Positions 30,198 to 38,385 of a stretch of 60,535 nucleotides of DNA are shown here, piece by piece. This DNA comes from Mycobacterium phage phiGD23-1, in sequence record MW314855.1, one strand, 5' to 3'. Made by a program: the position numbers and the translations under genes. How positions within the stretch are numbered: the stretch's first letter is position 1; the number at the start of each line of letters is the position of its first letter. Under the pieces are notes generated by a model that did no database searches, was not told where the DNA came from, and saw only the letters and a program-made list of their open reading frames with translations.

Positions 30198-30238
30198 ACC
30201 CCAATTGTCCCGCGTTTCAGGCGAAGTCGCGGTGTCTA
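30195..30238 (-). promoter_or_regulatory. SAS-like 44-nt element F (minus strand): TAGACACCGCGACTTCGCCTGAAACGCGGGACAATTGGGGTATG; its TAG is the stop codon of 30236..30457
   Basis: Matches the consensus; exact stop-to-start spacing of 44 nt. Confidence 0.7.
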
Positions 30239-30457
30239 CCGCGTCCGGATTCTCAGTAGCCGGTTTACGGTCACCGGATCAGACTTTAGGGCGTCTTCAC
30301 TTTCCAGGATCTGGTTGAGCTTCTGGTAGTACCTCACGGGGGAGAGCCCAAACCGGTCCTGGATGGCCTTCTCTTTGTCTCCGATCTGGCTCCACCAAAT
30401 GTTCTCGAATGCAAGCACTTCCGCAGTATTCGGGCCGATCACGGTATCCACATCCAT
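30236..30457 (-). CDS. DUF3263-like small protein (HTH-like FGLSPVRYYQKLNQ segment)
   Basis: 73 aa; sequence pattern recalled for the actinobacterial DUF3263 family; overlaps by 19 nt with the upstream ImmA-like gene. Confidence 0.45.
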   Translation of the reverse strand: MDVDTVIGPNTAEVLAFENIWWSQIGDKEKAIQDRFGLSPVRYYQKLNQILESEDALKSDPVTVNRLLRIRTR

Positions 30458-30882
30458 TCGTCACCGAGGACGTGTTCAAGTTCAGCGGTTTCCATCGGGT
30501 CGAGCGTGGACATTCGCGTTCGCAGCGTTGGGCCATCCACCCACAGTCCTTCGGCCAGCTCGTCGCAATCTTGCGTCCATCGCAAGCCGTCCACCAAATC
30601 GCCGAAGGTGATGAGTCGTCGCGCAGCGAGCTCGTCAACGATGCGTTCTTCGCGTGCGGCTGCCCTTGGGTCGGTGGGCAGCGGTCCGCGTTCCCAGTGG
30701 ATCAGTTCGTGGGTCAGGGTGCATCGCCGATGGACCTGCTGCAATCGTTTGCACAGCCAAATCTTTTGGCGCGTGAAGCTGGTCAGCCCCCACACTTGTT
30801 CGGGTAGTTCCCGGCGACAATTGATGACCACATGGGGGTAGTGATCAGCGGCGTAGCGCCAGGGATGCCAACGTTGGCTCAT
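30439..30882 (-). CDS. ImmA/IrrE-family (COG2856) zinc metallopeptidase
   Basis: HEXXH motif (THELIHWERG) in a protein of about 147 aa; track ORF runs to 30975 but the start is probably at the internal Met (MSQRWHPW…). Confidence 0.5.
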   Translation of the reverse strand: MSQRWHPWRYAADHYPHVVINCRRELPEQVWGLTSFTRQKIWLCKRLQQVHRRCTLTHELIHWERGPLPTDPRAAAREERIVDELAARRLITFGDLVDGLRWTQDCDELAEGLWVDGPTLRTRMSTLDPMETAELEHVLGDEWMWIP

Positions 30883-31011
30883 GGTGGTGAAGCTAGCGTC
30901 ACCCACTGACAAAAATGGCTCTGACCAGGAACTACATGGATGTAACTTCTCCACGGCAAGGGCCTGCCAAATCACATCAGAGAAACCTCAGATGTGCGTT
31001 ATCGTTGAGTC

Positions 31012-31281
31012 ATGACCGCCGCGATCAGCTACGAAAGCGTCTCGTCCATCGTGGAGACGGACGCTCATGCCGAGTTGCGCGTGTCTGGCAAGCCGAACGC
31101 GAAGTATGTGCAGGTCACCGAGTCGGATGGGACTATCCGGCTTATCCCGCTATCCCTGCTGCATGAGTCGGAGCGGGCGATCCTGGAAAACCCCGGTCTG
31201 TACAACCAGCTCCGAAGGGGTTTGACGGAGTTCGCCGAGGGGCAGAGCGTGTCTAGTGACTGGTTGTTCGCTGACGAGTGA
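31012..31281 (+). CDS. Small protein with Phd/YefM antitoxin-like features (orphan, no adjacent toxin)
   Basis: 89 aa; weak resemblance (…SGKPNAKYVQV…; C-terminal ENPGLYNQLRRG) to the YefM fold. Confidence 0.3.
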   Translation: MTAAISYESVSSIVETDAHAELRVSGKPNAKYVQVTESDGTIRLIPLSLLHESERAILENPGLYNQLRRGLTEFAEGQSVSSDWLFADE

Positions 31282-31338
31282 GCGCCGAGGAAGTTCGGTT
31301 TAGTCCATCCGTTGACCGATGGTTACGGGTCTTTTTAC

Positions 31339-31368
31339 CAAGGTTAGGGTCTATAGACCCTAACCTTG
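31339..31368. terminator. Perfect 30-bp palindrome CAAGGTTAGGGTCTA|TAGACCCTAACCTTG flanked by T-tracts, between convergent transcription units
   Basis: Perfect inverted repeat seen in the sequence; GGGTCTTTTTACC before it and CTCCCTTTTGG after it. Confidence 0.6.
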
Positions 31369-31920
31369 CTCCCTTTTGGATCGGCCCTGACTACCGTTGA
31401 ACACTGCCGCCAAACCGATCACGTCAAACACCGCAATACCGCCCCCGATCCACTCGTGGCCGAGGTAAGCGAACCATGCGGACACGGCAAACCCAGCGAG
31501 AACGGCTGCTAGCCCAAATCGTTGGCCTTGACTGCGCCCCTTATCGGGTATGCGGTAAGGGGCTTCGCGCATATAGATATCCGAGTCGACCGTCTTGCGT
31601 AATGACGAAACATATGTGTCGTACAGCTCTGGGGTGTTGTGCTTCATCCGCTCCATTTCCGCTGGATCCGGTGTCAGCAGAGGCAGATGCAGGTGATTCT
31701 CGGTGAGATACGCGGTGAGCTGTGTTAGCGAGAGACTTGGCGAAGGTTCCGATTCGCCCGCAGCAGGCTCGCGTTGAGGTTGTACGGCTCCGGGGCTGGC
31801 ATCATCTCCCTCAGTGCTTCGTACGTCGCCTCGCCCTTGATGTCGAACAGGCTTCCCAGGCCGATCAGGAACGCACGCGTCCGCGTCCCCGTGTTCGTCT
31901 CCCGAGTGCTCATGGCTCAA
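31360..31920 (-). CDS. Hypothetical protein with C-terminal TM helices, downstream of the repressor gene
   Basis: 186-aa ORF; start uncertain (an internal Met is possible). Confidence 0.35.
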   Translation of the reverse strand: MSHEHSGDEHGDADACVPDRPGKPVRHQGRGDVRSTEGDDASPGAVQPQREPAAGESEPSPSLSLTQLTAYLTENHLHLPLLTPDPAEMERMKHNTPELYDTYVSSLRKTVDSDIYMREAPYRIPDKGRSQGQRFGLAAVLAGFAVSAWFAYLGHEWIGGGIAVFDVIGLAAVFNGSQGRSKREQG

Positions 31921-31997
31921 CGATAGCTCCTTGTCATGCGGTATGTGAATGTGTTGTGCATGACGCTATCGGTCGGCATGCGGTTCAAGTGGGTAGA

Positions 31998-32792
31998 TCA
32001 CGAGTCCATGGGTCGCTGCGGCTTATCCTCGTCCGTCACCCTGCGTGCGGCTAGGCCGTAGTCGCCTGGGTTGAAGTCGACCTCCAAGTCGGATCTGTTG
32101 GGGTACATCACCTCCTCGTTTTCGTTGCCTTCCGGCGATGCTGACGGTTGCGGGGACGGGGTGGGGTCGGATGATGCGGCATGGAGGCCCTCCTTTTGTC
32201 GTTGGTCCCAGTAGCTCGTGTTATTGAATCCGTTGAGTTCTAGTTCTTGCTTGTCAAGAAACAGCCGTTGTAAAGCCGGTCGGGCAGCTGGCCCTACGCC
32301 TGCGGTCAGGAGTTGATCTGCCCAAAGGTTGGCCAGGGCGACGGCGACGCGGGCATTCTGCGCCATCGCGGCTCCAGGATCTGGGGACTCGTCGGCAACC
32401 TGACGCATTGCTGCAAGGGCTGCTTCCCATGCGGTTAAGTACCGCGGTGCGGTTTCCATCGCATGGAGATCGTCGACGGTTACGCCAGCGTGTTCTGGTC
32501 TTGGTGGGGCCGGTTCCGAAGGGGCCGGGTCGACATCAAGGGGCTCAGGCTCGGCTCCCTCGAAAATCTTCCTGACCGAGTGCTTGGCCCAGCCGAGACT
32601 CTTCTCTAGGCGTCTATACGAAAGCTCGCTGACCTCCTGGCCATTCTCAATGGCACTCATTGTGGTGCTCGAAGGGCCGTTCGGCATGTTGTCTTGCCGG
32701 TACCCCAGCCACTTGCGCCGACTCTCAACGATCTGTCCAAGTCGAAGTCGGGCTTGTTGCGGGGATTCGAGCCGCTCCTGACGTTCGGTCAT
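31998..32792 (-). CDS. Putative immunity repressor (XRE-like HTH N-terminal domain, long Pro-rich C-terminal region)
   Basis: HTH segment …LGQIVESRRKWLGYRQ…TMSAIENGQ…; divergent from a Cro-like gene with operators in between; start taken at MTERQ (32792) rather than the track 32969. Confidence 0.5.
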   Translation of the reverse strand: MTERQERLESPQQARLRLGQIVESRRKWLGYRQDNMPNGPSSTTMSAIENGQEVSELSYRRLEKSLGWAKHSVRKIFEGAEPEPLDVDPAPSEPAPPRPEHAGVTVDDLHAMETAPRYLTAWEAALAAMRQVADESPDPGAAMAQNARVAVALANLWADQLLTAGVGPAARPALQRLFLDKQELELNGFNNTSYWDQRQKEGLHAASSDPTPSPQPSASPEGNENEEVMYPNRSDLEVDFNPGDYGLAARRVTDEDKPQRPMDS

Positions 32793-32802
32793 ACGGCAAG
32801 AC

Positions 32803-32820
32803 TGCCAAAAATTTTTGGCA
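32803..32820. promoter_or_regulatory. Perfect 18-bp palindrome TGCCAAAAATTTTTGGCA, candidate operator 11 nt upstream of the repressor start
   Basis: Perfect inverted repeat in the divergent repressor/cro intergenic region. Confidence 0.55.
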
Positions 32821-32900
32821 AACCATAGTCCCATTCGGCTAACGACATGGGTGTGAGCAGCCGGAGCGCCGAATCTCACCAGTAGCATTCTGCACGCCAG

Positions 32901-32976
32901 GGCAAAATTGCCACAGAATTGCTTGCGCTTGCGACGGTTAGCCGTTACAGTCGTCCGCATGGGAAGCAAAATTGCC
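32901..32976. promoter_or_regulatory. Two direct copies of GCAAAATTGCC (32902-32912 and 32966-32976), each near-palindromic, flanking the Cro-like start
   Basis: 11-nt exact direct repeat 64 bp apart; both contain the TTGCC/GGCAA half-site found in the 18-bp palindrome. Confidence 0.4.
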
Positions 32977-33285
32977 GCAAAACGGCGATATGACCGTCAG
33001 CGGGAGCGTAGAACCCCGCCTCATGTCAGCCTCCAGACCTTCCGCTTGGCGTTGAAGCGAATCGACCCTGATGGGCACTGGGACCTAGACGACGTATGCG
33101 AACGCATCGAAGCGATCCACGGCGACCGTCCAGCGCGCGGCACGTTGAGTGCTATCGAGAACGGGGCGCGGGGAGCGTCGGCGCAACTGCTGGCCGCCCT
33201 CGAAGAGGCGTACAACCTTCCGGCTGGCTCGATCACCACGGATTACGCTCCGCGCGCAACCCCTGCGACATCCGAGGTGGCCTGA
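32959..33285 (+). CDS. Cro-like HTH regulator (XRE family)
   Basis: 108 aa, HTH …GTLSAIENGARGASAQLL… sharing the SAIENG segment with the divergent repressor. Confidence 0.45.
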   Translation: MGSKIAAKRRYDRQRERRTPPHVSLQTFRLALKRIDPDGHWDLDDVCERIEAIHGDRPARGTLSAIENGARGASAQLLAALEEAYNLPAGSITTDYAPRATPATSEVA

Positions 33286-34244
33286 TGGCCGTCGATATGT
33301 CGAACGTCGTATCAATCACGCGATCGGACACTCCGCACTACTGCGAGCTTCCGATATCAGAGATCGTCGTGCAAGGGCGCCATCGCGCAGACCTCGGTGA
33401 CATCAAAGCACTTGCCGAGAGTATTGAATCGATTGGGCTGATCCATGCCCCAGCAGTTACGCCCGATCATCACCTGCTAGCAGGGGAACGGCGACTAGCC
33501 GCCCTTCGGATGCTCGGCAGGACTGTCGTCCCCGTTGTGGTCATTCACAAGTTAACTGATGCGACCGATCGACTTCGGGCTGAGCGCGACGAGAACACCT
33601 GCCGCAAGGATTTCACGGCATCCGAGTTGGTCTCGATCGGTTGCCAGATCGAAGAGTTGGAGCGGCCTCGTCAGGACCAAGCTCGAATTGAGGGTAATCG
33701 GAGAGGCTCCCAGGTTACGAACCTCGGTCAAAGTTCTATAGAACCTCGACCGGATAAGTCGAGCACCAACAAGGTAGTCGGAGAAGCGCTTGGGGTATCC
33801 GAGTCCACGTACAAGCGTGCCAAGACGGTCGTAAAGGCGACCGAGGATGCCGACCCCGTCGTGGCAGAGATCGCTCGCGATCAGCTCGCCAAGCTTGATG
33901 CGGGGGAGGTCTCGTACACCGCTGCAGATCAAGCGGTACGTGATGTCCGTAACCGTAAGAAGGAACCGATCGACTTCACCGACCCTGGGGTTGACGCGGA
34001 AGCGTCCGAACCTGAGGTGATTCCAGGACTACCAACCAAGGTTAAGGGGCCACGGCCGAACCACCTAAAGATGCTCACTCGAATCGTCGTCGGCCTGTCG
34101 GGAACGGTGATGGCCCTCGACGGAATCGAGGAGGTGAACGACACCGTAAACGCAGAAGAGGCCAGACGACTCATGTCTGACCTCTCCCCATCAATTCGGT
34201 CCCTAAACCGAATCAACAAGCTACTCAAGGAGCGTATCAGATGA
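33285..34244 (+). CDS. ParB-like nuclease domain protein
   Basis: ParB N-terminal domain-like segment (…GLIHAPAVT…LLAGERRLAALRMLG…); start at ATG 33285 overlapping the upstream stop. Confidence 0.55.
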   Translation: MAVDMSNVVSITRSDTPHYCELPISEIVVQGRHRADLGDIKALAESIESIGLIHAPAVTPDHHLLAGERRLAALRMLGRTVVPVVVIHKLTDATDRLRAERDENTCRKDFTASELVSIGCQIEELERPRQDQARIEGNRRGSQVTNLGQSSIEPRPDKSSTNKVVGEALGVSESTYKRAKTVVKATEDADPVVAEIARDQLAKLDAGEVSYTAADQAVRDVRNRKKEPIDFTDPGVDAEASEPEVIPGLPTKVKGPRPNHLKMLTRIVVGLSGTVMALDGIEEVNDTVNAEEARRLMSDLSPSIRSLNRINKLLKERIR

Positions 34245-35032
34245 GCGAACCGATCTTTGTCCGAATCCATATCAGCCTGCTCCATGTCGACCCGATCGTG
34301 CAGCGCGCGCTGGACCCACATAGGGCAGCTGTGATGGCCGAGAAGTTCAATCCCAGTGCGGTTGGCGCGCTTATCGTCAACCAGCGCGATGATGGCAAGT
34401 ACTTCATCATCGACGGTCAGCACCGGCATGCAGCGGCGGTGATCGCGAAGTATGACGGCAAGTTGAACTGTATTGTGCACCCAGGACTTCCGATTGCCGA
34501 AGAAGCGGCCCTTTTCCTGGCGCTGAACGATTCCAAACTCGTTCAAGCTATAGATAAGTTCCGCATGCGCGTACTAGCTAACGAGCCGGACGCGGTGGCT
34601 ATCAATGAAATAATCGAGAAGTACGGCTGGCGGACTGCAACTTCCATCGCAAACGGAAGTTTCGCCGCTGTAGCCGCGATCGAGAAGGTCTACAACGGAG
34701 CGGGAGTTCTCAGCGCTGGCAAGTACCCCGTGCTCGTTAAGTATGTGATGTGGACCATCAACAACGCCTGGGGTCGCGACGCAGCTGGCGCGCACGCTGC
34801 CATCGTTGGTGGGATCGGTCAGTTGTTCGCTCGATACGGACAGAGGGTGGATGGCAAGAAGTTAGCCGCTGAAATGGCGAAGCTCCGTCCAGTTGATCTG
34901 GTGGCTAAAGCTAAGCAGCTCAAAGACGCTCAGGGAGGGACGATCCCGCCAGCGATGGCAGCGGTACTTGTTGGCATCCATAACAAGGGTCGTCGCACGA
35001 ATCGCCTCCCCGATTGGCGGTGGACCCGATGA
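34241..35032 (+). CDS. ParB/Srx-fold (DGQHR motif) protein
   Basis: IIDGQHRHAAA motif. Confidence 0.45.
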   Translation: MSEPIFVRIHISLLHVDPIVQRALDPHRAAVMAEKFNPSAVGALIVNQRDDGKYFIIDGQHRHAAAVIAKYDGKLNCIVHPGLPIAEEAALFLALNDSKLVQAIDKFRMRVLANEPDAVAINEIIEKYGWRTATSIANGSFAAVAAIEKVYNGAGVLSAGKYPVLVKYVMWTINNAWGRDAAGAHAAIVGGIGQLFARYGQRVDGKKLAAEMAKLRPVDLVAKAKQLKDAQGGTIPPAMAAVLVGIHNKGRRTNRLPDWRWTR

Positions 35033-35424
35033 CCTATGAACTGATCACCCTCGCGCGACGGAAGTACCTGGCGGCGAATCCACCTCGAATATCGGACGTT
35101 CAGGGGTATACACGTTCGGGTGAGCCAGCTGGAACGATGAAGATCCCCAACATTGGGGACATTCAGATCATCGGATGCAAGCTAGGCATGGAATACCTGG
35201 CCATCTGCGATGACGAAGAGGCTGTGGAGGAATGGATCCACACAGCGCTTGGAATCGTGAAAGACCCCGAGCTGGCGAGCATTTTGTTCGCCAATGTATT
35301 CCGGGGCGTCAACCTGGTCATCGCGGGAATTATTGAGCAGACTCCGGGCCTTCGGGAGCAGATGCACCGCCTCGCACTGCAGGCGTGGGATAAGGACTTT
35401 GCAGAGTTCGGCGGTGGGGCATGA
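35014..35424 (+). CDS. Hypothetical protein
   Basis: ORF in operon. Confidence 0.35.
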   Translation: MAVDPMTYELITLARRKYLAANPPRISDVQGYTRSGEPAGTMKIPNIGDIQIIGCKLGMEYLAICDDEEAVEEWIHTALGIVKDPELASILFANVFRGVNLVIAGIIEQTPGLREQMHRLALQAWDKDFAEFGGGA

Positions 35425-35798
35425 GCATCTCTGAATCCCGAGTACGGGAGATAGTGCAGGAAGAACTGCATCGTCCTGCCCGCCACCTGGTTATCAAGGT
35501 CAAGAAGGGGCCAATATCACCGGTCGACGATGTCTGGGACAGGGAAGGACGGACCGGACAGGAGGGCGGGGATACCGGGCCCGATCAGGAACCGGTGCAT
35601 CTCATTGCCGCGACCATCCGCGATCAGGTAGTTGATGTCACACAAGACGGTGTCCCCACCGGAGGCGAGCTCGATCGCCTTGGCTACCCGTTGGGCGTGC
35701 TCAAGGGTAAGTGGAATCTTCTCTCCCGCGTAGCGAAGCGTGTACGCGAACTCTTCATCACTCATCCCAAGACGGTAGATGGAAAGGAGTGGTCATGA
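35421..35798 (+). CDS. Hypothetical protein
   Basis: ORF coupled in operon; an antisense ORF 35517..35765 is an alternative. Confidence 0.3.
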   Translation: MSISESRVREIVQEELHRPARHLVIKVKKGPISPVDDVWDREGRTGQEGGDTGPDQEPVHLIAATIRDQVVDVTQDGVPTGGELDRLGYPLGVLKGKWNLLSRVAKRVRELFITHPKTVDGKEWS

Positions 35799-35980
35799 GC
35801 AAGCTTTCCTATAACCGCAAAGAAGCCTCCGAGTACCTCGGTATCAGCCTCTACAAGCTGGACGAACACAAGCGCCTGGGCCATATCTGCCCGCGGTACG
35901 ACGGCTCGGTTCCGCTGTACCCCAAGGAAGAACTCGACTCATTCTTCGCGTCCCTGCCGTCAGAACCTAAGTCGGCGTAG
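35795..35980 (+). CDS. Excisionase-like / MerR-type HTH DNA-binding protein
   Basis: 61 aa; KEASEYLGISLYKLDEHKRLGHI HTH segment. Confidence 0.4.
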   Translation: MSKLSYNRKEASEYLGISLYKLDEHKRLGHICPRYDGSVPLYPKEELDSFFASLPSEPKSA

Positions 35981-35987
35981 ATCGTTC

Positions 35988-36050
35988 ACAACTGAATAAG
36001 CCCCCGGAACGCAGGGGTGGGCAATCTTGGCGGACGACCACCCCTGCGCC
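35988..36050 (+). terminator. Copy 2 of ACAACTGAATA(A)GCCCC followed by hairpin GCGCAGGGGTGG (36010-21) / CCACCCCTGCGC (36039-50)
   Basis: Exact 11-mer shared with 23741-23751; 12-bp inverted repeat downstream. Confidence 0.4.
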
Positions 36051-36078
36051 ACTGCAACCAACACCTTGGAGGTGTGGC

Positions 36079-36387
36079 GTGTTCAAGCATAGATCCATCG
36101 CGGCTGTAGCCGTAGTACTCCTGTCTGTTTCATGTGCTCCACCAGCTGCCGCAGACCCAGCAGGGGACTACGCAACCCGGAACGCCGGCAGGGTATGTAA
36201 AACCCTGGACGCTCACCCAACCTTTGATGGGGTTACCGGAACTATCGCGGCGATCATCGAAGACGGGAACTTCACCGTCATGCAAGCCGCGAAGATCATC
36301 GTCTACTCCGTTGAAACACAGTGTGATCGACACCTTCCTTTACTGCGTAGGTATGCAAACCAAGGTGATGGAGGGCGAGAAGCATGA
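36079..36387 (+). CDS. Secreted small protein with signal peptide, DUF732-like
   Basis: Signal peptide MFKHRSIAAVAVVLLSVSCAPPAAADP; two Cys; pattern resembles mycobacterial DUF732. Confidence 0.35.
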   Translation: MFKHRSIAAVAVVLLSVSCAPPAAADPAGDYATRNAGRVCKTLDAHPTFDGVTGTIAAIIEDGNFTVMQAAKIIVYSVETQCDRHLPLLRRYANQGDGGREA

Positions 36388-36845
36388 GTGAGAACTGGAG
36401 CGCGGTAGACCAATACACGCTAATTCGTGCATGGGTGCCCGGCGACGGACTACGTTGTACTCAATCTAAATCAAACACCTCACGACCATGTGGCGAGCCA
36501 GTAGCTGTCACTAAGACGGTAACCCAGTGCTATGGACGGGTAGGAAAGCCTGATCCAGTCATGGTCGCCTATCGAGGTGGCGAACAATCTCGCGGTGACA
36601 TAACGATCACCCGCGTTCTATGCCTTCGACATGTGGCCAAACTCTTCGATAGCGAGCTAGGGGCGGCGGGGGATAGTAGCGTTGAGAAGAAGGCGCTAGA
36701 AGAACTCGCGCAGCGCTACTGGGACCAGTATCAAGAGATACAACAGCGTCTCGCTGACGAACTAGTCGAGGCAAGATTCTCCGTACTGCCAAGTGGACTG
36801 CGCGGCAAGGTTATAGCCCTTGTGCAGGCGGGTGAGTCAGCATGA
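36384..36845 (+). CDS. Hypothetical protein
   Basis: ORF. Confidence 0.35.
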   Translation: MSENWSAVDQYTLIRAWVPGDGLRCTQSKSNTSRPCGEPVAVTKTVTQCYGRVGKPDPVMVAYRGGEQSRGDITITRVLCLRHVAKLFDSELGAAGDSSVEKKALEELAQRYWDQYQEIQQRLADELVEARFSVLPSGLRGKVIALVQAGESA

Positions 36846-37099
36846 CCGACCAGAAGTTTCGGGATTGGTTCCGCCGTGAGTTTGAGGCGGAACGGGATCT
36901 ATTGAAGATCACACTCATGTTGGCGCCCTTCCGGGCCCAACTCCCTCACCCAGAGTCAGAGCTGTGGCGGCTGGAGCCGTGTGATTTCGAGATCTACCGC
37001 GAGATCCAAGCGAAGACGAAGATCAACCCCCGCGCAATCACTTGGCCTGGTTTGGCTTTCGTATGGGACACACCAGAAGACGAAGAGGCCGCAGCATGA
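36842..37099 (+). CDS. Hypothetical protein
   Basis: ORF. Confidence 0.35.
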   Translation: MTDQKFRDWFRREFEAERDLLKITLMLAPFRAQLPHPESELWRLEPCDFEIYREIQAKTKINPRAITWPGLAFVWDTPEDEEAAA

Positions 37100-37420
37100 A
37101 CTCTCCAATCGCAGTGATTGTTGTGGCACTACTTGCCGGTGTCGCGTTACCTAGTCTGGTCTTGGCGGGGTACGCGTTCCGGGAGTGCTGGAAAACTGAT
37201 CACGTACCCGACTATCAGTCCCCGCTAGTACATGGTTGGGAGGACTGATGCGGCACCTATTGACCCTACCGATATGCCACGCGCATCAGGCGCTTCATCC
37301 GTGCCGTCCGTGTGCGAAAGAGGAAGCACGCAACCAGGTTAGAAACTGGACCGCTATCGGGTGGCTACTCATATTCTCGGTGTTCTTCATGGTTGTTCTG
37401 TGGTACTCGGCAGGTGGGCG

Positions 37421-37741
37421 ATGAGCAGGTGGGACGACGACTTCATCCAAATGGCCAAAGCGGCACGAGAGGCGAAGGGCTGGGATCAGTCCCGGCTCTC
37501 AGATGAGCTATCGGAGAGTGGAGTGGACCTCAGTCAGTCGGCCCTGTCGCGACTAGAGGGCGGGCATAGGCGCCTGGGATTTGGTGAAGCGGTTGCCATT
37601 TCAATGGTTCTAGGACTGGACCTCGACGAGTTCCTTGGTAACCCCTCGCATTGGCACGTCAATGTGAGAGATATCTGGGCGGTTGCCAAAGTTGAAGAAG
37701 CGCAGAAGATTCTCCATGAACTCCTGGGGGCTATCCGATGA
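37421..37741 (+). CDS. XRE-family HTH protein
   Basis: …WDQSRLSDELSESGVDLSQSALSRLEGG… HTH; start at internal ATG 37421 of track ORF 37361..37741. Confidence 0.45.
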   Translation: MSRWDDDFIQMAKAAREAKGWDQSRLSDELSESGVDLSQSALSRLEGGHRRLGFGEAVAISMVLGLDLDEFLGNPSHWHVNVRDIWAVAKVEEAQKILHELLGAIR

Positions 37742-38385
37742 GCATACAAATCGCTTCCATTGTGCTACTCAACCTACTGGTGCTGTGGCTGCTGATCGAG
37801 AAGCGGGACCTGCGATCAGAAAACACCGAACTGCGCCGTGAAATCGCCAGGCTCTCAAAGCATCCCTCTACCTATGAGCCTGAACGACTCCCGTATATGC
37901 GGAGGTACGCAGACGATGAAGACTGAGCGTAGTAACGGCGCGATTCTTCTAGATCTAGCAGTGCATATCGCCGCGGAGCCAGATCTTTCTGAACGTCTGA
38001 GATTGGTTAATGCTCGCGATCTTTTGTTGCGTGCCATGGGTATAGAGCCCGAGATTTCAATATTAGGGGAGGCGTCATGACAAAGCTGGAGCCCAATGAT
38101 CAGGGGACATGCAAATGAGTGGGTTAAGTGATGTGCAGCGCGGGGCGCTCAAGAGTTGCTTGGAAGAGATCTATTTCGGGTACGGCGAGAAAGATTGGGA
38201 ACGCCTCGCTGGCGTGGCTACTGAACGGATCGCGTCTGCGGTGAGGAAGGCGTCATGAGCGACTACATCAAGGATGTTCTTAAAGACGCTATCGAGGAAG
38301 AGCTTTCGTTGGGTGGTGATGCGGGGACTGTGATGGCCCGTATCGGTGAGGTGTTGTCAGAAGAGGGCTACAGGGTGGTGGCGTT

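Noticed and set aside
35517-35765. Minus-strand 82-aa ORF overlapping 35421..35798
   Set aside because: Its translation reads plausibly, but it lies antisense within a tightly coupled plus-strand operon (ATGA overlaps on both sides). It is kept as an unresolved alternative; codon-bias analysis could decide.
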